55,236 nt of DNA from a virus (Duplodnaviria; Caudoviricetes), in IMG/VR virus record IMGVR_UViG_3300014658_000002, positions 1 through 55,236 of that record; one strand, written 5' to 3'. A program made the translations under genes and the position numbers. The notes beneath the pieces are model-generated. The model was not told the origin of the DNA. It did no database searches and was given only the letters and a program-made list of their open reading frames with translations. Shown one piece after another: positions 44,917-54,190 of this stretch. Every line of letters starts with the position of its first letter. Within the stretch, counting starts at the first letter, position 1.

Positions 44917-45264
44917 TCATGGCATCCTGCTTTCATTTCCTGCGGATTGAGTGTGGGTGATAGTCGCCGATTCAAGCGGCGCGGAGATGCTGAGAATTGG
45001 GAAATGGATTTTGCCCGTGTGTATGGCGTCGGCGATTCGGGGGATCGCCATCAAAGCCACTGCGATGGTTAAGGCCGCGAGGAGTATTTGTGTGTACTTG
45101 AACCGGGCATCAGCGGCACCGCGCATGGCGGCAAGTTCCTCACGGACTTTCTGGATTTCCTGCCTGAGTCCGGGTTGGCCGTTGCCATTAACTTCCTTCT
45201 CCAATCTCCGGGCTGTGTCACATACGGTTTCGCAACTTGCTTGTGTCTTAAGTCTGCGGTCCAC
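44917..45264 (-). CDS. Single-TM protein (holin/antiholin-like)
   Basis: GNGQPGL motif, coiled coil and TM; AAGGAG RBS. Confidence 0.55.
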   Translation of the reverse strand: MDRRLKTQASCETVCDTARRLEKEVNGNGQPGLRQEIQKVREELAAMRGAADARFKYTQILLAALTIAVALMAIPRIADAIHTGKIHFPILSISAPLESATITHTQSAGNESRMP

Positions 45265-45370
45265 GTCTTTCTCCTTGGCCCTACGTACTCTGAAACACCG
45301 GCTTCCCTATTACTGGAGCCTTGCCGGTTAAAAAATGCCCTCCAACCAGTTCCAAATCACTTCAATTATC

Positions 45371-45727
45371 TTACTGAACCACGACGGTGACGCCGGTGGG
45401 GGGAAATGGGTTGGCAGAGCCGCCACCTGTCAAAGACGGGCTGCTGGTAGCTCCGCTGATGGTTGCCGTCAGGTAGTAGCAGTACGTTCCCGGTCCCGGT
45501 AGCGTGTCTGTGTATGGTCCCCCGGATGGCGCGGTTGTCGTCACTGCGGTGAATGTCAAAGACCCCAGCCCCGAGGCAGGACATGCCCCTGTCGCGCGAT
45601 ATACGGTCACCGTGCCGGGGTTGCCCGTTGTCGAGTCCGAAGACGCGGTGTAGGTCAGCGTAGCCGTGTGGCTGGCAGCAAATGCCGGGATTGCCACGGC
45701 CAGGATTGCGAGAATCAGTCTTTTCAT
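45371..45727 (-). CDS. Signal-peptide-bearing FnIII-like small protein
   Basis: MKRLILAILAVAIPAFA-A; LT.TAS...VYR....C...YTD....GTYCYY.TA. Confidence 0.75.
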   Translation of the reverse strand: MKRLILAILAVAIPAFAASHTATLTYTASSDSTTGNPGTVTVYRATGACPASGLGSLTFTAVTTTAPSGGPYTDTLPGPGTYCYYLTATISGATSSPSLTGGGSANPFPPTGVTVVVQ

Positions 45728-47817
45728 CGTTTCGCCATAAGAATCAAAAGGTTGCCCGGCGCGGTCACGCTGGATGTGTAGCACGCCGAAGGGTTAAAGG
45801 TCAGAGCGGAGCCGGAGCCGTCCGGGGGCCCACCCATCGAATTGAGGTAGCAAGCCATGGCTGGGATAGCGTTGGCATGGCCGGACCACTGCGATGCTGT
45901 CAGAGAAGTTCCAGTACATTGGGCTGACGTAAGAGCGGGAACACCCGAATAGTGCCCGGAGGTATTGAGAGTACCTGAACATATTCCCAGGTTGCCACTT
46001 GATACGTCTGGTCCGATGGCAGGGAAGGGTATTGTTGAACTCCACCAAGAAGGTCTTGTGGAGTAGTAGAAGCTGGCAGGGAAACTCCCTGAGCACCCTG
46101 TTCCTGGCGTCGAGTTCGGATAGACCGAGATTCCACTTGGCACCTCTCCTGGGTTGCATTGGTTGGACCCGTTGGCCGTATCGTAATTCGCCCAGCGGAG
46201 GATTGTCGCCAGACCTGTCGTGTCCGAGGGGATTGGAACCGACCCGCCCGAGTTTCCGCAATCCAGCACCCATGCCGTCGCGTTGAACTCGTATTGGGTC
46301 GCACATGTCCCACTAGCGGCTTGATAGGTTATGGTGTAGCCGGGGGTTCCCAAAACGTTGGCAACGAAGTTGTCGTAGCGGTTGAAACTCTGCGTCGAAA
46401 CTGCCGAAACGCTCGAATCCTTGGCCGTGTAGCTTCCGCATTGCCCGTTCGCGCAGGACTCAAACCCCAGCGCCAGATTCCGGTAGTAGGTCTGCATCAA
46501 GTGGCCACCGTGAATCGCGTCCTGCGTCAACTGGTCAACTACGTTCGATTCGATCAGGTCGTAATCAGCGCCGTCCGAGTGCCCATCCCAATCCGCGCCA
46601 AACATGAAGTCGGTTGCAGTATAGTTGTTCACTGTAAAGTTGGCTGCTACCACGTTCCCCGCGCACGGTCCCTCGCACATCAAAGCCGGTCTGACCGCCT
46701 GCACGATATTGTTGGCAATCAGGTTGTTTGACCAGTTGTATTTGATGCCTGTCGGGTCATTGTAATTGAGCGCTTGTCCGGCGTTATAAACGTAGTTGCT
46801 CTGGATGATGCCGTGAATGCTTTGCTCCACCCAGATGCCGATGTTGTAGGCGTTGAGGACCGCTACGCCCTGGCACCAGAAGTTTGCCACGTTGTAGAAG
46901 CTGACTGCCCCGCCGTTGCATCCTGACGTAGTGCAGCCTGAGAGGTTTACGGAAAGATTCTGCACGCCCACATTCATTGCGGGCTGAATCAGCCATACTT
47001 GCGGCGTCTGACCACTGGCCCAATAAGCGTGTTGCAGGGGAGTGTCAAGAGTGATAACCGTCGAGCCGGATGACCCGCAGGAGGGAGAACATGCTGTCAC
47101 CAGAGCCGCTTCCATCTGGAACCGGTGAGGTCGTGCCAAACCCGTATCTGGCCCGTTCACTGAGCATCCTGTCGGCCCCGCAGTCGCGTAGGCGTCTCCA
47201 CAGACAAACACATTCCCATTGTCTGTCGCCGTTCCCGTGCAGGGCGATCCCGAATATCCCGTCTCGCACTGGTCCAGCATGATCATGGTCTGGTTGGCCA
47301 CGATATTCACGCCGCTGGAGATGGTGATCGAAGTCGCTCCCTTGGAGTATCCTGCCGTCCAGTTGTAGATGTTGGCTGGAGGCTGAGAGGGATAGGTGCC
47401 GTCTGAGGACTCAAACCCTATCGCGCAAGTCCCGTTCCCTCCCTGACAAGTGCTGGTTGCGCTGAATACCAGATAAGTTTGATTCGCTCCCATGCCCCGG
47501 AGTTCCGAATTGCTTACCCCGACCGACCGAATAGCTGCGTTCAGGTTGAACGTTCCTGTACCAAGCTGGACGTAGGTGTTCGACCCACAGCCCGTATAGC
47601 CCGTACCAGTATGATTGAGCGCATTGATGATCAGCGTGGGAGAACCACTGTAAGCCGAAATCGTCGCGCCACACTGCGTCCAGGCTCCTGAAGGTACGCC
47701 TCCAGATATGCCTGCGTGGGTCCAGTCTACGGCACGGTTCGTGGAGATAATGCCAGACCAGGCTTGGCTCCAGAGCGCCGTAGCAACTAAGAACGGAATG
47801 ATCGCTAGTTTCTTCAT
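45724..47817 (-). CDS. Signal-peptide-bearing, Cys-rich right-handed beta-helix (pectin-lyase-like) protein; candidate depolymerase
   Basis: MKKLAIIPFLVATALWSQA; beta-helix-like repeats (VGVQNLSV, IIQSNYV, NLIANNIV, NVVAANF); many Cys. Confidence 0.7.
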   Translation of the reverse strand: MKKLAIIPFLVATALWSQAWSGIISTNRAVDWTHAGISGGVPSGAWTQCGATISAYSGSPTLIINALNHTGTGYTGCGSNTYVQLGTGTFNLNAAIRSVGVSNSELRGMGANQTYLVFSATSTCQGGNGTCAIGFESSDGTYPSQPPANIYNWTAGYSKGATSITISSGVNIVANQTMIMLDQCETGYSGSPCTGTATDNGNVFVCGDAYATAGPTGCSVNGPDTGLARPHRFQMEAALVTACSPSCGSSGSTVITLDTPLQHAYWASGQTPQVWLIQPAMNVGVQNLSVNLSGCTTSGCNGGAVSFYNVANFWCQGVAVLNAYNIGIWVEQSIHGIIQSNYVYNAGQALNYNDPTGIKYNWSNNLIANNIVQAVRPALMCEGPCAGNVVAANFTVNNYTATDFMFGADWDGHSDGADYDLIESNVVDQLTQDAIHGGHLMQTYYRNLALGFESCANGQCGSYTAKDSSVSAVSTQSFNRYDNFVANVLGTPGYTITYQAASGTCATQYEFNATAWVLDCGNSGGSVPIPSDTTGLATILRWANYDTANGSNQCNPGEVPSGISVYPNSTPGTGCSGSFPASFYYSTRPSWWSSTIPFPAIGPDVSSGNLGICSGTLNTSGHYSGVPALTSAQCTGTSLTASQWSGHANAIPAMACYLNSMGGPPDGSGSALTFNPSACYTSSVTAPGNLLILMAKR

Positions 47818-47818
47818 G

Positions 47819-50800
47819 TTAGTAAATGGTTACCTGCATTTCGTTGCATGTCGTCGTATCCGTACTGACCGTCTGAATGGCTGACGTGTCTATGTAGATC
47901 GCCGAGCCGACTGCCAAAGAATACGACGTAGATCCGGTAACTGTTAAGTTCGTCGTACTTGAGATCGAACCATCGCAGATCTCCGAAGACGATCCTCGGA
48001 CGTTGCAGTAGAGATCGAGAATATAGTTGCGTCCTGCCGTCTCTGCCGTAGAACTGTTCAGCGTATGCCCAGGAAGTCCTCCACTCGAAGCCGTAAGGCC
48101 CCCTGTAACCGTAAAGTTGCCTGTGCCGCTTGTGTTGATATTCGCGTGGAAATGGAAGTGCGATCCCACGCTATCCTGCGTCGATGAAAGCGTACTCGCG
48201 GGTATCGTCAAGCCGCACAGGAACGTTTCTGATGTGAATCCGGTAACGGGAGTCGAAGTACTATTGCTAATCGTCTTAGGAAACGCAGGACCGTTAATCT
48301 GCACTCCTGTAGATGAAGGAGTCGTAGTAAGCCCATTAGTAGCCGTAATGATACCCGAATTGCAGCTCATGGCTAAGTTCGATCCGGTCGAATCAATATA
48401 GATCGAGCAGGATTGGCCTTGCGCTGTCTGAGCCGTAGCCCCGCCATTGATATTGCCTGAAGCCGGAGTAATCGTCAGAACGCCTGCGCCTTGCTGCTGT
48501 ACGACGGTAAAGAATCCGGTACCGAGTGATGCTGGAGCGTCGATAGCTACGGCTACGGCAGAAGACGAAGTATAATTCGTAATGAAATTCGAGTACGCTG
48601 CGGTAATATGATCCGTAGTTCCCGAGATCGACCGAGCCGTGACTCCGGAACCTACACCAGGCGTAGCGCAGATAGCGTTTCCGTTAGCTCCTACGCCTTC
48701 AGCAAACTGAGGAGCCGTGCAAGTCGAAGGAGCCGAGGCAAGAGCTAAGGCTGTGCCTGATTGCCCCGTCGTATTTTGATTCAACGTCGGAACGTCAGCG
48801 GACACCAAAGTCCTGAACGAAGGAGCACCACTTGATCCATTCGGTGCCGCCAGAAATGTATTACCAGACTGACTTGGCGTTGCTACGGCCAGCGTCGGAG
48901 TCGAAGTTGACAGAGTTACCGTAGGAACAAGCCACGAAGGCCACGAGGCACTATTGGCTATGAAATTCGTTACTGAACCGGAACCGCCTCCAGAACCCGT
49001 GAAAGTACACGTGGTTCCCGAGCAACTTCCCGCGCCACTCGAGAAACTGAACGTGAAGGCCCCGGGCGTTCCATTAATCGACGAAACACTCGAAGACGAA
49101 GCGCAGCCTGAGTTCGTAAAGGCTCCGTTCGGACCGTTCGGGCAAATGGCGCTGTTGCCTGGAGTCAGAGCCGTATCGATTACGTTCTGCGCTAGCACGC
49201 CCGACGTAGGACTGAAAGCCGAAGCTAGCGTTTGGATCGGATAGCCCGCGGTGCTCGCTTGCTCGAGCTGCATGCGGAAAAAGTTAATATTCTGACTCGA
49301 GACACGACCGCCAATGCCCGCGTGAATATACGTGGTGCCACTCGGCATAACGAACGTGCACTGATAACGTGTCCATTTCGTCGTCAGAGCACTCGAATTC
49401 GTACAGACTTGACTGATCGATCCTAAGTCGCTATAGACTCCTAAGACAGCGTTCTCACCGCCCGCCGTACCTTCAATGAAAGCGCTGATCGTATAAACGT
49501 TTCCTGGCGTGAGCGAAGAGCTATTGAGTGACTGGTACAGACTCGAATACTGTCCAGGACAGCCTGAAGGATTCGGAATACCCAGGGTTATAGCATTATT
49601 ACCTCCTACAGGATCTGCTACGCCGTAAGTAATCGTTACGGGTTCTCCAGAGCACTGTTGATTCCAAACGGTACCGATACTGCCTGAAGTAACGTCGGAA
49701 TATTCGAGACTATTGCTGTACTGTCCCAAGACTCCTGAGAAAATGTTATAGATCTGCCCGATCTGCGTATTGCCGTTCACGAGTGGGATGTTGACTCCGC
49801 CCGTCGTCGGAATATTTATGGCTCCTGGAAGATCGATGCTAGGAGCTCCTAAGTTCATGCCTTCGGTAGTACTTGCCACGTTTGGATCGAACCAGATCGG
49901 CTCTTCTTGAGCTCCATCGGAGCGTGCATAGCGGTAAAGAATCCATGGCGTCGTCGTAGCTGGAGAAACGTCTTGGATGATGGCGTTTGTGCCACGTGCG
50001 TCGATCTGCACGGCAGAGGCAGGAATGCCACTGGACGTTGAACCAACTTCCAGCCCAGCCAAAAACCCCCCCCCGACGTTTACGCCAGAACCTAAATACG
50101 GCGCTCCGGAAGCTTCCGTGTTCTCGATATTGACGCCATGGCTTCGCCCATATGGCATTCCTAGATCACGGTGAAGGATAATTGAGACGCCTTCCATGTT
50201 TTGGTTGTAGGCAAGCACTTGATCGATGCTATGCCCGTTGCCTATGCCAGAAACATCTCCGGCTGTAAAAGTATTGGCTATCGTGTCCGTCGCCGTGGGC
50301 CATGCCGAATGATAAATAGAGTAGGTTCCCGTTGTTGGACCCCACCAATTAGTGTTTTGCGAAGAACCTACGTCGTACAGGTTTACGGTCAGCGTCGTGT
50401 CGGTTAGGCCCTGCGTAATAGGTACACACCAATCGTGACCATTAAAGGCGTTCGGTGTGAAGCACAGGGTTAAGTTATTCGTCAGAATCGGACCGCCAGT
50501 CGACAGACCGTTCCACGTCGTATGCGTTCCCACGAATCCTGTGATCGAAGTCCAGAGAGTGCCGCTTCCCGTAACGGTACACGTCGTGGGGCCGGCTCCC
50601 GTGCACGAAACGCTGGCAATCGATCCTGTAGAATAAGGCGTCGTAAGATCGCGGATGATGCGCGTTGCCCCGATGCTGCACGCTGCCTTGTTCGTGTTGG
50701 CAGTCGTGCAGTTTCCAGTTAACGGCATATAACTCACAACATTGCCCGTTATTTCGGTGACTGTCATGGCCGCTACGCCACCGTTAGTATCGTTCTCTGG

Positions 50801-52600
50801 GCCGGAAGAATACTCTGCGCGAAATCCGTTTGAGGCTTCCTGACCGTTGCCAAGATATCCTCCATAAAGGTTGGCTCCTGTGGCAAATCCATTGAATTCG
50901 CCTCCCGTATAGTCGCTGGCGACTTGATAGATTCCCCACTTTTGCGATGGAGTGCGGAAAGACAAATCCTCCATAATTCCGAAGCGATTTGACTTTGTGC
51001 CGCTGCTGCCATTGAAACTGTATACTCCTCCATTGTTCGAGGCGTAGCCAAACTGGACGTTGGCCTTGTCTGTTGTGGCCGAGATGTTGTCCTGCGAGCT
51101 TTCAACTGAGTAGTAGCAAGGGGAATCAAGAGAGAAGCTGTAGGTTCCCCAATAATCCATGCACCCTGTTGCGCGGTAATCGATGATATGGCAACCGCTC
51201 GGCAAGCCTAAAACCGAGTCTCCTGCGCCCATGTCGGGAGGTAAGATAGTTTCCCCGTTGGTTCCTGAAAAAGCAGCGCAAGCCGCGTCGATTTTATTTC
51301 CAGGAAGTGCTCCAGGATATAAAGCAGCATCTGTTGGTTCCGCACCCGCAAAAGAAGAAGAATTGCTATATTGAGTAGAAGCAAAAGGAGAAGAAGGAGA
51401 ACCCCCAGAGCACCCAGTCGCCGTGGTGCAAATTTGGGATCCGTTTGCCAGAAGGTCAGCAGGAGCTAAAGTGTCAAGGTGAATGGTATTTCCCGCTATG
51501 GTGATTGACCCTGTACTGCCCTCGTTAATGGCTATTCCTGTCGCGCTGTCATCATTTAACGATATCCCATTGTTGGAATCTAGAGAGATGCCACCCGACG
51601 CACTGATTTCTGCTATTCCCGAAGAGGTGTTTCCTCCGCTCAGTTCAATATCAAAATTGGAAGCATTTGTCACAGCAGACGAGGAGTTTGTGTCAAACGC
51701 AAAATTGCAACTATATTGCCCACCGTTTCCACAACTTGAATCAAAGTTGAAGTTGGCATTATACTGTCCGCCATAATCATTAGATAGATTAGCGTTCATG
51801 TTATCCGAGTAACTGCCTGTTCCTCCACCATAAATTGAATTAGGGGAAGTATCCAGTTCCCAATTTGCCGAATGCGCAGCGCCTCCGGTCAATACCGTCT
51901 CAAAACCCGCTCCGTAGGTTCCTCCTGAGTCCTGTTCAAAGTTGACCTGCGCACCGTAATTGTTTGCGCCGTTATCAGATAAAACCGCATAAATCCCTGC
52001 GCTATACCCTGAAGTCCCACCTTCGGTCAGGTTGATATTGAAATCTGCCGCTGCATTTCCCCCGCTGGTGTCGGTTCCCGTAAACGTGAAGGATGCTGGG
52101 TAAGTATACCCATAATCGGCTGGTATTGCCTCGCATCCCCCTGAACCATTCGACACATTGAAAGTCCCCGCAGCGCCGGTTGACACACATCCGCTGCCTG
52201 ACCCTCCACCGCCGGCCGGAAAGCAGCCAATGCACAAAGGAACTGGCGCAGGGTAGGTGTTGGGGGTTATCCCTCCACTCGCTATCACGTCTACTCCGGC
52301 ATTGGTTGCAGCCCAGAATATCCATCCGCCAGGGTTTAGAGAACTGGACGCATTTGAGGTGAATGGGTTGGCGAGAGGAGTTCCACTTCCATTGGCGTAG
52401 ATTGTCGCTAAGGTAGTGGTTCCAGTGAGATAAACCGTGATGGTTGCGTTTGGAATGATGCCGTCAAGGTAGTTCGTGGACTTGAGCCCGGAAGTGCTCG
52501 CCTGGGTGCCACCCAAAAACGAGTGTCCCTGAATCGACCCCATCTGGGCAAATGACGTCGTGACTCCAATCAGCAAGAATAGGAAGACATTTTTGAACAT
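47819..52600 (-). CDS. Signal-peptide-bearing mosaic tail fibre/spike (~1593 aa) with CBM-like domain
   Basis: GAGG RBS before MFKNVFLFLLIGVTTSFA-Q; ATITVYLTGTTTLATIY...PLANPFT resembles tailspike virion-anchoring domains; CBM-like YTISAFI...WTRY..TF...QLEQ. The extension to 53104 is the shadow of the plus-strand gene. Confidence 0.75.
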   Translation of the reverse strand: MFKNVFLFLLIGVTTSFAQMGSIQGHSFLGGTQASTSGLKSTNYLDGIIPNATITVYLTGTTTLATIYANGSGTPLANPFTSNASSSLNPGGWIFWAATNAGVDVIASGGITPNTYPAPVPLCIGCFPAGGGGSGSGCVSTGAAGTFNVSNGSGGCEAIPADYGYTYPASFTFTGTDTSGGNAAADFNINLTEGGTSGYSAGIYAVLSDNGANNYGAQVNFEQDSGGTYGAGFETVLTGGAAHSANWELDTSPNSIYGGGTGSYSDNMNANLSNDYGGQYNANFNFDSSCGNGGQYSCNFAFDTNSSSAVTNASNFDIELSGGNTSSGIAEISASGGISLDSNNGISLNDDSATGIAINEGSTGSITIAGNTIHLDTLAPADLLANGSQICTTATGCSGGSPSSPFASTQYSNSSSFAGAEPTDAALYPGALPGNKIDAACAAFSGTNGETILPPDMGAGDSVLGLPSGCHIIDYRATGCMDYWGTYSFSLDSPCYYSVESSQDNISATTDKANVQFGYASNNGGVYSFNGSSGTKSNRFGIMEDLSFRTPSQKWGIYQVASDYTGGEFNGFATGANLYGGYLGNGQEASNGFRAEYSSGPENDTNGGVAAMTVTEITGNVVSYMPLTGNCTTANTNKAACSIGATRIIRDLTTPYSTGSIASVSCTGAGPTTCTVTGSGTLWTSITGFVGTHTTWNGLSTGGPILTNNLTLCFTPNAFNGHDWCVPITQGLTDTTLTVNLYDVGSSQNTNWWGPTTGTYSIYHSAWPTATDTIANTFTAGDVSGIGNGHSIDQVLAYNQNMEGVSIILHRDLGMPYGRSHGVNIENTEASGAPYLGSGVNVGGGFLAGLEVGSTSSGIPASAVQIDARGTNAIIQDVSPATTTPWILYRYARSDGAQEEPIWFDPNVASTTEGMNLGAPSIDLPGAINIPTTGGVNIPLVNGNTQIGQIYNIFSGVLGQYSNSLEYSDVTSGSIGTVWNQQCSGEPVTITYGVADPVGGNNAITLGIPNPSGCPGQYSSLYQSLNSSSLTPGNVYTISAFIEGTAGGENAVLGVYSDLGSISQVCTNSSALTTKWTRYQCTFVMPSGTTYIHAGIGGRVSSQNINFFRMQLEQASTAGYPIQTLASAFSPTSGVLAQNVIDTALTPGNSAICPNGPNGAFTNSGCASSSSVSSINGTPGAFTFSFSSGAGSCSGTTCTFTGSGGGSGSVTNFIANSASWPSWLVPTVTLSTSTPTLAVATPSQSGNTFLAAPNGSSGAPSFRTLVSADVPTLNQNTTGQSGTALALASAPSTCTAPQFAEGVGANGNAICATPGVGSGVTARSISGTTDHITAAYSNFITNYTSSSAVAVAIDAPASLGTGFFTVVQQQGAGVLTITPASGNINGGATAQTAQGQSCSIYIDSTGSNLAMSCNSGIITATNGLTTTPSSTGVQINGPAFPKTISNSTSTPVTGFTSETFLCGLTIPASTLSSTQDSVGSHFHFHANINTSGTGNFTVTGGLTASSGGLPGHTLNSSTAETAGRNYILDLYCNVRGSSSEICDGSISSTTNLTVTGSTSYSLAVGSAIYIDTSAIQTVSTDTTTCNEMQVTIY

Positions 52601-52729
52601 CAATCGCCTCGTTTTTCGAGGCCGTCCGTCGCGGGTGAAAAGAAGTCCTACAGGGAATACGAATCCATCATACCTTGCCCTGTCAATTATTTCTATCCTA
52701 TTCCCTATGGTTGGGGGTATGCTTTTGAC

Positions 52730-53305
52730 ATGGAAAACACGATCATTACCTCCGAACCGCCCGCGACCACCACCAAAACCAAGAAACGCAAGATGAGCGC
52801 TGTTGATCGGAAAGCCCTTTCCGAGAAACTGAAAGCACGCTGGGCAGAGAGAAAATCTGCTCCCCAGCAGGTTGCTCCCGTCATTGCCCCACCCGTTCCT
52901 CCAGCCCCTCTGCCACCTTCCCCATCGGTCCTTGCCCTTCAGGAACAAGTCGTCCAGAGGGTTGCTCAACGGGATGAAGTGCGCCAGAGGCTTACCGAGG
53001 CCCATACTGCCTACCTGCTTGCCCAAAGCAAGTTCCAGGCCGCGGAAGCTGAGTTGAAGGGGATCGAAACTGAAGTGCAATATCGCATCGGCCTTATCGC
53101 GCAACTGGAAAACCGGCCGGCACAGGTCAATGTAGGATATTCCGCTCCTTCCCCAATTCTCCAGATGCCCGCAATGCCGTCAGGAGGTTTCGGGGGTATC
53201 ACTTCGGAACCAGCTCAAGCTCCACAACAGGCACAGCGCTCGAAAGAAGCGTTTGCGGTAGCCTCAGCAGATGATCTACGCCGTGATGTCCGAGGGATGA
53301 TGTAG
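52730..53305 (+). CDS. Basic-motif plus coiled-coil protein, probably leaderless
   Basis: TATGCT -10 box 6 nt before ATG; KKRKMSAVDRKALSEKLKARWAERK, Pro linker, coiled coil. Confidence 0.75.
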   Translation: MENTIITSEPPATTTKTKKRKMSAVDRKALSEKLKARWAERKSAPQQVAPVIAPPVPPAPLPPSPSVLALQEQVVQRVAQRDEVRQRLTEAHTAYLLAQSKFQAAEAELKGIETEVQYRIGLIAQLENRPAQVNVGYSAPSPILQMPAMPSGGFGGITSEPAQAPQQAQRSKEAFAVASADDLRRDVRGMM

Positions 53306-54190
53306 ACGAACAAACCCTAAAGATTCTGATGGTTCCTCACCCCGCGGGCAGCATGAACGAAACGGGCACGGATTGATACGGTCGAAGCACATCGACGGGG
53401 ATTCCTCCGGTAGTTCCTTTGCTTCCCTGATCCGTGCCAGCTTTTTCAGTGCAATCTTGCACCAGTCCCGGTTGGATGTCTCGACGGTATGGATTTGAAC
53501 CACGTCGGGGAGTACCCCATCATCGGCGAGGGTGTCCAGCCATGTTTCCTTGCTGAAGTCTGACTTCTCCCGCCAAACCTGCTCCCACGCCCCATCAAAC
53601 CCGCCACCATCGCGCTTGCGGAACCGTAACTGTTTTGATACCGGGTGCGTCCATCCCCTTGACAGCGGACCCTTTCGTCTTCCATCCCGCTCTTGTCCGA
53701 GCACAACCACCATCAAGTTCATCGGTACGCCGTAGATCGATCCTTCCAGCGTTCTCCAGTCGTGCTCTTCTTCAACCATCCGGTAGGCATCCCATCGGGA
53801 ACACAGCACAACCCTTCGTAAATGGCTCTCCGAAGTGCTCAGGAACGCGCTGGGTGTCCAGATGGCGCCATCGGGCAGGGGAAGAGGTTCGGGGCGCTTC
53901 CACGGGCCTTCCGGGCGCAACACGTAGACGATAAACGAGGCTAAAGCAGACAAATGCTCCGCTTCTCCGAGAACATCAGTTTGGTTGGAGTCTAGCCCGC
54001 GCGTGGTTGCCAGGTCGTACAGCGCTTGTTCGGACACTTCCCACGGTGCATTGCTCGGGGATGTCAATCCCGCTTCAACGGCTTCGTAGAGTGCTGCGAT
54101 GGGTCGTATGGCAGGAGTCTGCCACCGCTGCAAGAGGTAGGGAAGACGCTCACAGCGGTCGATGCTATTGAGGAGCGTTGGCGTGTTCAT
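53276..54190 (-). CDS. Divergent PD-(D/E)xK/Cas4-like protein
   Basis: N-terminal DRCER and C-terminal C.....PCPF..CC give the split 4-Cys pattern; catalytic motif not recognisable. Confidence 0.5.
   Translation of the reverse strand: MNTPTLLNSIDRCERLPYLLQRWQTPAIRPIAALYEAVEAGLTSPSNAPWEVSEQALYDLATTRGLDSNQTDVLGEAEHLSALASFIVYVLRPEGPWKRPEPLPLPDGAIWTPSAFLSTSESHLRRVVLCSRWDAYRMVEEEHDWRTLEGSIYGVPMNLMVVVLGQERDGRRKGPLSRGWTHPVSKQLRFRKRDGGGFDGAWEQVWREKSDFSKETWLDTLADDGVLPDVVQIHTVETSNRDWCKIALKKLARIREAKELPEESPSMCFDRINPCPFRSCCPRGEEPSESLGFVRLHHPSDITA

Noticed and set aside
47819-48300. Diversity-generating retroelement target at the fibre C-terminus
   Set aside because: No reverse transcriptase and no template/variable repeat pair seen
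52601-53104. N-terminal 168-aa extension of the 1761-aa ORF
   Set aside because: Antisense shadow of the plus-strand gene; RBS and signal peptide support a start at 52600
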